Shown piece after piece: positions 58,244-64,000 of a DNA stretch of 64,000 bases (the stretch's first letter is position 1; each line of letters opens with the position of its first letter). The DNA is from an uncultured Candidatus Saccharibacteria bacterium. GTDB lineage: Bacteria > Patescibacteriota > Minisyncoccia > Phycocordibacterales > UBA2163. Made by a program: the position numbers and the translations under genes. The stretch is from positions 386 through 64,385 of the forward strand of contig CAZVGL010000002.1 in NCBI GenBank assembly GCA_964626705.1, given 5' to 3'. The notes below the pieces were generated by a model. It was not told the origin of the DNA, did no database searches, and saw only the letters and a program-made list of their open reading frames with translations.

Positions 58244-58822
58244 TTATTCTGTAGCTATAAATTTAACTCGTACTGGATCTCCTTTTCCGTCAGATAAAAG
58301 TAGGTCTTTTGTAAGATCAAAGGCATTATCACCGTCATCTTGACGAATCGCTGCATGATAAGCCCTACCTGCTTCCATCCCTCTTAGAAGTTCAACTGTT
58401 CCAGAGTTTACACCAGCAATGAAAAGCTGTGCACCTAGTGCATTTCCAAGGATACCATTGTTATCTTCATGAATAACTACCCATCCTGTATTCTCAAGTG
58501 TAACAAGCTCTATATCTACCGTAAGCCCTGCTTTTTGGTCACGAACAAGTATTGCATTCTCACCTGAAAGAGCTACATCAGAAGCCTTTTCTTCAACTAC
58601 TTCTGTTTCAACCTCTATATTATTTGTAGGTTCTGCAGTATCTCTCATTGGAATCCATGTTCCCAAAAACCCTATTATAATACCTACAATAAAGGTTATG
58701 ATCATTCTCATACTAAAAAAACTTTCTCTTTCCATATTATTATTTTCTGTTACTTGTAATAATTCCATAAATTTAGAATGTCTATATTTTACACCCTTAT
58801 TAATCAAAATCAAACCTTGCAC
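58244..58822 (-). CDS. membrane-anchored hypothetical protein
   Basis: Single TM helix (IITFIVGIIIGFLGTWI) followed by a soluble domain. The start is probably an internal Met. Overlaps the upstream gene by 13 nt. Confidence 0.45.
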   Translation of the reverse strand: MQGLILINKGVKYRHSKFMELLQVTENNNMERESFFSMRMIITFIVGIIIGFLGTWIPMRDTAEPTNNIEVETEVVEEKASDVALSGENAILVRDQKAGLTVDIELVTLENTGWVVIHEDNNGILGNALGAQLFIAGVNSGTVELLRGMEAGRAYHAAIRQDDGDNAFDLTKDLLLSDGKGDPVRVKFIATE

Positions 58823-59673
58823 AAAGCCTGACTTTCTTTCATAATATCTTCTACTTTTTTATTATCTATACCTATTGATTTTAAAGTTTCTTCATTATCT
58901 TCAAGATTTCTACATAAAACGATCTTTTTCTGCAAAAGAATATCCTTTTCTGCAGATGTAAGTGTCGTAAGTGCGGTTATGGGGTGTATCCCTGTTTCAT
59001 CTATCAAATCCTGCAAGCCTTCACCTTTCGGATAGTTCCACGACATAAGCTTCATACCAACACACTTACTATATTTTATAACGTTCTTACTAAATCTTGT
59101 ATTTGTTATAAGCCAATCTTCACTTATAAGTTCACTTCCTTCTTTTTGTTCACGCTTTCTTATATCTTCAAAACGTGAGTGCACATAAAGAGCTACCTTT
59201 AAGTCCGATGTTATACCAAGCTTATTATGAAACTTTATTTCTGCTCCGATTTTCTTACCGTCCTTTTCTGCAAGAATATCAACCTCATGTTCTACACATT
59301 CGCCTTTTACCATAGTGCCTATTCTTACATTTTTATACCCTCTGGCTTTAAATATCTCCGCTATAAAATTCTCAAACGGATATCCAGATGGACCAAGTGC
59401 AAGTATGGCACGCTTGAGTGAATACTTCGCAGCAACAGGTCTTTCAGCACCCTCTAGGTGTTCAAATGCATGCTTATATATTGTAGACGTCGTCATCCCA
59501 TCTTTAAGTTCTTTTTCAATCTTCCCGATCACCTCTTCCGTTGCAACATCTGACGCACCTGAGCGCCTAAGAGATCCACGTAGCTTATTAACATCAAATA
59601 CTTCCTCTGTGCCATCTTGTTTTATGATTGTTACTTGTTTCATCATTACGATATTATACCACCTCCGAGACAT
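58810..59673 (-). CDS. ATP-cone domain fused to restriction-endonuclease-like (Mrr-type) domain
   Basis: N-terminal MKQVTIIKQDGTEEVFDVNKLRGSL is ATP-cone-like, as in NrdR/NrdA. The central FIAEIFKARGYKNV...VEHEVDILAEKDGKKIGAEIK fits a PD-(D/E)xK Mrr-type core. Confidence 0.6.
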   Translation of the reverse strand: MSRRWYNIVMMKQVTIIKQDGTEEVFDVNKLRGSLRRSGASDVATEEVIGKIEKELKDGMTTSTIYKHAFEHLEGAERPVAAKYSLKRAILALGPSGYPFENFIAEIFKARGYKNVRIGTMVKGECVEHEVDILAEKDGKKIGAEIKFHNKLGITSDLKVALYVHSRFEDIRKREQKEGSELISEDWLITNTRFSKNVIKYSKCVGMKLMSWNYPKGEGLQDLIDETGIHPITALTTLTSAEKDILLQKKIVLCRNLEDNEETLKSIGIDNKKVEDIMKESQALCKV

Positions 59674-60746
59674 TCGTCATCATTATATACTACAATAGAC
59701 TGCCCTACGGCTACTGTATTTTGGCTTTCATCGAAAACGATTGTCTCACCATCAATTTTACAATCTTGAAGTTCTTGCCTATATCTTATGCGAGCCTTAT
59801 ATTTCTTATCTAAATCTGGCACTTTTCCACTTACCCAGTTCACATCTTTTATTCTTATACTTGTGCCGTTAGAAGTAGGTCTCGTTTTGAGACCGTCAGC
59901 TCTAACGATATGCGATACCGTAATAGTATTATTTTCAATATCTTTTAAGATTATATAATACGGCTTATCATTTATGCCTTTATCTATAATATTAAAACCA
60001 TGCCTCTGACCTATAGTTAAGAATGTCACTCCAGTATGCTCGCCTATCACCTTAGCACTCTCATCAAGCACATTCCCTTTTTTTTCTTTAATATAATTTT
60101 TAAGAAAATCCGCAATATCAAGCTTGCCTATGAAACAAAGTCCTTGGCTATCTTTTTTCTTTGCAGTTAAAAGCCCAAACTTTTCTGCAAGCTCTCGTAC
60201 TTTAGACTTTGGAAATTCTCCAGTCGGAAACAGAGTATGTTTGAGCTGTTCTTGTGTAAGCGTCCACAGAAAATAAGTTTGATCTTTATTATCGTCATTA
60301 CCCACCAACATTTTATATTTACCATCCTTTTCTCTGACCCTCGCATAGTGTCCTGTAGCTATGTAGTCTGCACCCATCTCAAGTGCTTTTTTTAAGAATG
60401 CTCCAAACTTTATTTGTTTATTACACATTACATCTGGGTTTGGAGTATTCCCTTGCCTGTACTCTTCAATCATATAGTCGATAATCCCCTCTTTATATTC
60501 TTTCTCTAGGTCCAGAGTTAAAAATGGTATTTCTAACTTTGCACATACTCGCATAGCGTCCAGCCTATCGCGCCTCCAATCACACGGCAAAAAATCAGGG
60601 TGCCATACTTTTATGAACACACCTGTTACGTCGTACCCACGCTCACACAAAAGCGCAGCAGCCACAGAGCTATCCACCCCACCTGAGAGCCCTACAAACA
60701 CCTTTTTGCCTTTAATCTTTTCCATAATCATTATATAAAACCACAA
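59646..60746 (-). CDS. mnmA: tRNA-specific 2-thiouridylase
   Basis: PP-loop VFVGLSGGVDSSVAA, catalytic Cys blocks and the C-terminal tRNA-binding domain. 366 aa. Confidence 0.9.
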   Translation of the reverse strand: MWFYIMIMEKIKGKKVFVGLSGGVDSSVAAALLCERGYDVTGVFIKVWHPDFLPCDWRRDRLDAMRVCAKLEIPFLTLDLEKEYKEGIIDYMIEEYRQGNTPNPDVMCNKQIKFGAFLKKALEMGADYIATGHYARVREKDGKYKMLVGNDDNKDQTYFLWTLTQEQLKHTLFPTGEFPKSKVRELAEKFGLLTAKKKDSQGLCFIGKLDIADFLKNYIKEKKGNVLDESAKVIGEHTGVTFLTIGQRHGFNIIDKGINDKPYYIILKDIENNTITVSHIVRADGLKTRPTSNGTSIRIKDVNWVSGKVPDLDKKYKARIRYRQELQDCKIDGETIVFDESQNTVAVGQSIVVYNDDECLGGGIIS

Positions 60747-60752
60747 ATATTA

Positions 60753-60793
60753 AATTAGAGCAAAGCAGGGTCAGACCCTACTTTGCTCTAATT
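60753..60793 (-). terminator. stem-loop 3' of mltG
   Basis: About 16-bp stem agagcaaagcagggtc / gaccctactttgctct with one mismatch. Confidence 0.5.
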
Positions 60794-61807
60794 TAGATAG
60801 ATATTTTTCTTTCTTACATGCTCTTTAAATGTAGCGCTATAGTGCATGTTGCCGCTCATGTCAGATAGGAAGAATAAGTAATCAGACTCTATTGGATCTA
60901 TCGCTGCACGTATAGAATCAAGCCCAGGATTTGCTATCGGCGTCGGAGGAAGTCCTTTATTTGTATATGTATTATATGGATGATCATCCCTTAAATCATC
61001 TGTTGTCAGAGTAAATGAATTCTTACCATTAGCATATACAAATACAGCATCAACCTGAAGAGGCATGCCTATTCTCATACGTTCCCACAAGATTCCTGAT
61101 ATAGTCCTTCTCGTCTGCGTAGTACGTGCTTCTTTTTCTAAAATAGATGCCATTTTTATTACATCATCTATCGGCATTCCAGAGTCTCTTATGTCTTGAT
61201 CTATTTCTGCTATTTTTTCAAAAAAGTTATTATTAAGCTCACGCGCAACTTCTTTTGCTTCTACATTAGGAAGAAACAAATACGTATCTGGGAACAAATA
61301 CCCTTCTTTACCAGCCACTAATACCGCAAATTCTTCTTTATCAAAAGAGTCTGACTTGTTTTCAAGTATCCTTCCTATTTCATAACTCGTAGCTCCTTCT
61401 GGTATTACAACTTCTATCAAACTTAAGTCAAAATCTCCACTTGTAATCCTACGAGCAACACTTAATACACTTTCTGGCTTATCAAAAAAATAATCACCAG
61501 ACAGGACTCCGTCTTCTCCATTTAACAATATCGCAAGATTGCGAAGCCATAAAGATGACCTCACAATACCCTGCTTCTTAAGCTGATCAGCAACACCAGA
61601 TAAAGTACTACCCTTTTCTATGGTTATAGTACTCTCTTTAGGAAATGCTGATGGTGCTCTAAATATTGCTATATAAAAAGCAGATACTACAACAAAAAGA
61701 GCTATAGCTATAAGAACCGTTTTTCTTTTATGACAATTTAAATATATGATGGTTTTTCTGTAATATTTAAAGAAATGCCATTTTATTATCTGTGATAATT
61801 TATACAT
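60788..61807 (-). CDS. mltG: endolytic murein transglycosylase MltG (YceG family)
   Basis: N-terminal TM helix, a LysM-like insert and YceG core blocks (LFPDTYLF; GLPPTPIANPG). 339 aa. Confidence 0.85.
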   Translation of the reverse strand: MYKLSQIIKWHFFKYYRKTIIYLNCHKRKTVLIAIALFVVVSAFYIAIFRAPSAFPKESTITIEKGSTLSGVADQLKKQGIVRSSLWLRNLAILLNGEDGVLSGDYFFDKPESVLSVARRITSGDFDLSLIEVVIPEGATSYEIGRILENKSDSFDKEEFAVLVAGKEGYLFPDTYLFLPNVEAKEVARELNNNFFEKIAEIDQDIRDSGMPIDDVIKMASILEKEARTTQTRRTISGILWERMRIGMPLQVDAVFVYANGKNSFTLTTDDLRDDHPYNTYTNKGLPPTPIANPGLDSIRAAIDPIESDYLFFLSDMSGNMHYSATFKEHVRKKNIYLN

Positions 61808-61813
61808 GTGTTT

Positions 61814-63142
61814 TTAAATAGGTAGATCAGAAGGTGCTTCTGATTTCTTTGAAGGTACTCTTGCGATGGTTGGTGTCTGAACATTACTTCCTGGGAAGTG
61901 ATACATTGTAGCAAGCTCTTCCGTATTCATAACGAAAGGCTGTGTTTTGTAAGGATGGAAGAAATATGATCTTCTTCTATATGCATCAAACACTCTTCTT
62001 TTAGCATTGTTCTGAAGTGTTTCTTTATAGTCCTGCCATGGGTAATCAAAACGTGCCATATATCGTGTTGGTACAAACTGATTTAATGTATTTGAGTTAA
62101 ATTGTTTCGTAAAGCCGATCATACCTACAATATTAACCGGTCGAAACTTATCTTTGTCTGCTATATAAATACCCCTTATACCAACATCAAAGCCGAGTTT
62201 AGTAAGACTTCTTTCAACCGAGCCGACAATTTCCTGCTCTCCTTTACTTAAACTTGGTATTTCCGGAAACCCTGCTGGTGATAGCATTCTGGCGCTTTTT
62301 GTTTTTGGATCTCTTTGCATAAGATCGTTTACAAGCTCTTCCACTTCATCTTTCCAACCCGTTGTACCAAATAAAGTACCCCTCTTTTTCTTTTCTTTTT
62401 TATTTACTCGGACCATTATCTGATACCAAAGCTGCTCTCCCTTACCAAGACTGCCCATAAACTCAAGCATAGGTGCCAAAGGATCAACTTTAAATTCTTC
62501 TTTTGGATCTTTATCAAGTCCATAGTCAACATATGTTTTTATCGGCCATGCATCTGGGTTTTTAAGTTTAAAATCAGAACCCCAAATAGCTTTTTCGTTT
62601 AAGTCAAACCTGATCATCTTTGTATAATCGTCAGCTTCTACAACTTCTACTTCAGGATACTGTGCATATATTTGCGCTTCCACAACTTCTTTCCAAAATG
62701 TCCTTGTTCTTATAAAAAATTTTACATCTCCTTCAATAGACACTATTTCCATTGAAAAAGATGTTCTAGCTTTACCTGTTATCTTTCTATCAAACCATGT
62801 CGTCTCTCCACCACTCTGATGAAGTCCCATAAAAACAGACTCCATAGCAAGTGGTGACTTTAATATCTCTCTAGGTAGTTTTATCTCCAGAAGCGTGTAC
62901 TCTTGTTTATGAAAGAAATCTATCCTGACATATATTATCCATAAACTCCAAAATATATAGAGTAGGAAAAGCGGTAACCACACAGGATACAACATACCAA
63001 CAACAGAAAAAGAATCTCTTAATAATTCTGGTGCCATCCTCAACAAGACATATAAAATAACTACCAATACACTGATAAGAAACCCAAAAACTGGGAATCC
63101 TAATTCTTCTTCGAAAAATTCTACTGTTTTACCGCCTATCAT
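61814..63142 (-). CDS. conserved hypothetical membrane protein (442 aa)
   Basis: Two N-terminal TM helices and a large C-terminal domain. Immediately upstream of, and co-oriented with, mltG. No family recognised. Confidence 0.5.
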   Translation of the reverse strand: MIGGKTVEFFEEELGFPVFGFLISVLVVILYVLLRMAPELLRDSFSVVGMLYPVWLPLFLLYIFWSLWIIYVRIDFFHKQEYTLLEIKLPREILKSPLAMESVFMGLHQSGGETTWFDRKITGKARTSFSMEIVSIEGDVKFFIRTRTFWKEVVEAQIYAQYPEVEVVEADDYTKMIRFDLNEKAIWGSDFKLKNPDAWPIKTYVDYGLDKDPKEEFKVDPLAPMLEFMGSLGKGEQLWYQIMVRVNKKEKKKRGTLFGTTGWKDEVEELVNDLMQRDPKTKSARMLSPAGFPEIPSLSKGEQEIVGSVERSLTKLGFDVGIRGIYIADKDKFRPVNIVGMIGFTKQFNSNTLNQFVPTRYMARFDYPWQDYKETLQNNAKRRVFDAYRRRSYFFHPYKTQPFVMNTEELATMYHFPGSNVQTPTIARVPSKKSEAPSDLPI

Positions 63143-63189
63143 GTATATATAATACCTTAAATAAAGATAAGAAAAAACACTTCGATGTT

Positions 63190-63232
63190 AAAAAACCGCC
63201 TCATCGCTTGTAAGCGACGAGGCGGTTTTTTA
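63190..63232. terminator. bidirectional rho-independent terminator
   Basis: aaaaaaccgcctcatcgctt gta agcgacgaggcggtttttt: about 17-bp stem flanked by A6/T6. Confidence 0.7.
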
Positions 63233-63233
63233 A

Positions 63234-64000
63234 TTATTTAACGAGTGAATATTCCCCGTTTTTATTTACTTTAAAGTAATCTCTATTTTGTAAGTTTACT
63301 ATAATAGTATTGTCTTTTATATATCGCTCTTTTCGAACCTTATCTATAATACCTTCTCTCGTAAGATGTCCGTTCTTTTTTAATATTTCTGATATAACGT
63401 CTTTAACTACACCACTTGTATATCCCCATTCAGAAAGTGCATAAAGTCCTCTTCCTACAAGTACAAAACGTGGATCTTTTATAAGCTCATTGTGACATGT
63501 TGCTGTATGAGCCTTTCTTTCAAAAAAGTCTCCTATTGCTTTTGCAACTTCAGTAAAATGCATTGGTGAACCATGTTTCTTTATAGCTAAGTATGCATAG
63601 TCACGCATTCCTTTAACTTTAACATTTGAAGATTCTGCAACACCCCATTCTCCAAGAGGGTTCTTACCAAGCATTTTTGAGATCATAAGCCATCTTCTGG
63701 CATTGTCTTCATTTTTGTATTTTTTATTTAAATCTTTAACTTCATTTAGGAACTTAGAAAGCAAATCCTGCTCAGACACAAGGTCGTCATAAGTAAGACC
63801 TTTGTAAACATTTCTCAACCCTTTGTTTACAGATTCTTGCAAACCACCGTCAACATACCAATGACTTTTAAATTCATCGTCTTCTTTTTTCTTATTAAAT
63901 GCATCACCAAGATCAAGTAAAAGTAATGTATGGTTTTGAGCACCTTTATCTTTAGAGATAAGCTCTAGCAGCTCATCTTCTGAAACAATACCTCCAAGAG
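63234..64000 (-). CDS. HARE-HTH-like domain protein; 5' end beyond the window
   Basis: PMHFTEVAKAIGDFFERK...TCHNELIKDPRFVLVGRGLYALSEWGY fits the HARE-HTH pattern (PMhyrEI....RFvrvGRGLYgLrEW). The reading frame stays open through 63843-64000, so the Met at 63842 is probably internal. Confidence 0.45.
   Translation of the reverse strand, partial: LGGIVSEDELLELISKDKGAQNHTLLLLDLGDAFNKKKEDDEFKSHWYVDGGLQESVNKGLRNVYKGLTYDDLVSEQDLLSKFLNEVKDLNKKYKNEDNARRWLMISKMLGKNPLGEWGVAESSNVKVKGMRDYAYLAIKKHGSPMHFTEVAKAIGDFFERKAHTATCHNELIKDPRFVLVGRGLYALSEWGYTSGVVKDVISEILKKNGHLTREGIIDKVRKERYIKDNTIIVNLQNRDYFKVNKNGEYSLVK

Overview
The window is low-GC (about 35%), gene-dense and almost entirely coding. It looks like core chromosome of a small-genome bacterium, possibly a Patescibacteria/CPR-like lineage, but that is inference from the gene set and not verified.

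Most of the window is housekeeping.
- A complete F1F0 ATP synthase operon (atpB,E,F,H,A,G,D,C) follows the 3' end of an AtpI/AtpZ-like gene.
- The infA-rpmJ-rpsM-rpsK-rpsD-rpoA-rplQ block is followed by rplM-rpsI and grpE-dnaK-dnaJ.
- Three aminoacyl-tRNA synthetases are present (trpS, aspS, gltX), plus cysS further on.
- scpA/scpB sit next to a cell-wall cluster: DD-carboxypeptidase, mraY, ftsW, murG, an M23 peptidase and a lytic-transglycosylase-like gene.
- Other recognisable genes: DoxX+VKOR, a ROK kinase, PGI/PMI, a DnaQ-like exonuclease, rpmA, rplI, a Ctp (S41) peptidase, CorA, dnaB, recR, rplU, rmuC, a P-type Ca2+/cation ATPase, a YqeY/GatB-domain protein, mnmA and mltG.

Many convergent gene pairs are separated by strong bidirectional stem-loop terminators. 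No rRNA, tRNA, CRISPR or transposase was detected.

The main candidate for a novel system is a tightly packed co-directional 7-gene block at about 15.6-23.9 kb. It couples, in order:
- an MIO-type aromatic amino-acid ammonia-lyase/aminomutase with a Thr-Ser-Gly motif variant;
- a PaaK/F390-synthetase-like adenylate-forming enzyme;
- a ThiF/E1-like enzyme with a ~130-aa N-terminal extension;
- a SagB/nitroreductase-like oxidoreductase;
- an orphan 7TM sensor histidine kinase;
- a translationally coupled Nudix hydrolase and CYTH-like gene.

The E1-like plus nitroreductase-like pair resembles azoline/RiPP maturation machinery, but no YcaO or precursor peptide is present, so this may be different chemistry.

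Other notable items:
- two paralogous secreted Cys-rich repeat proteins bracket ftsW-murG-gltX-Fic, and one of them sits in the usual murD slot;
- a recurrent terminator / TATAAT-N6-ATG leaderless start module occurs at several genes;
- a solo RhuM-Fic/Doc fusion gene;
- a stand-alone sigma-70 region-4 mini-protein inside an operon of unknowns;
- an ATP-cone + Mrr-like nuclease;
- a truncated ATP synthase epsilon subunit;
- a CysRS whose HIGH motif is replaced by TIGN.
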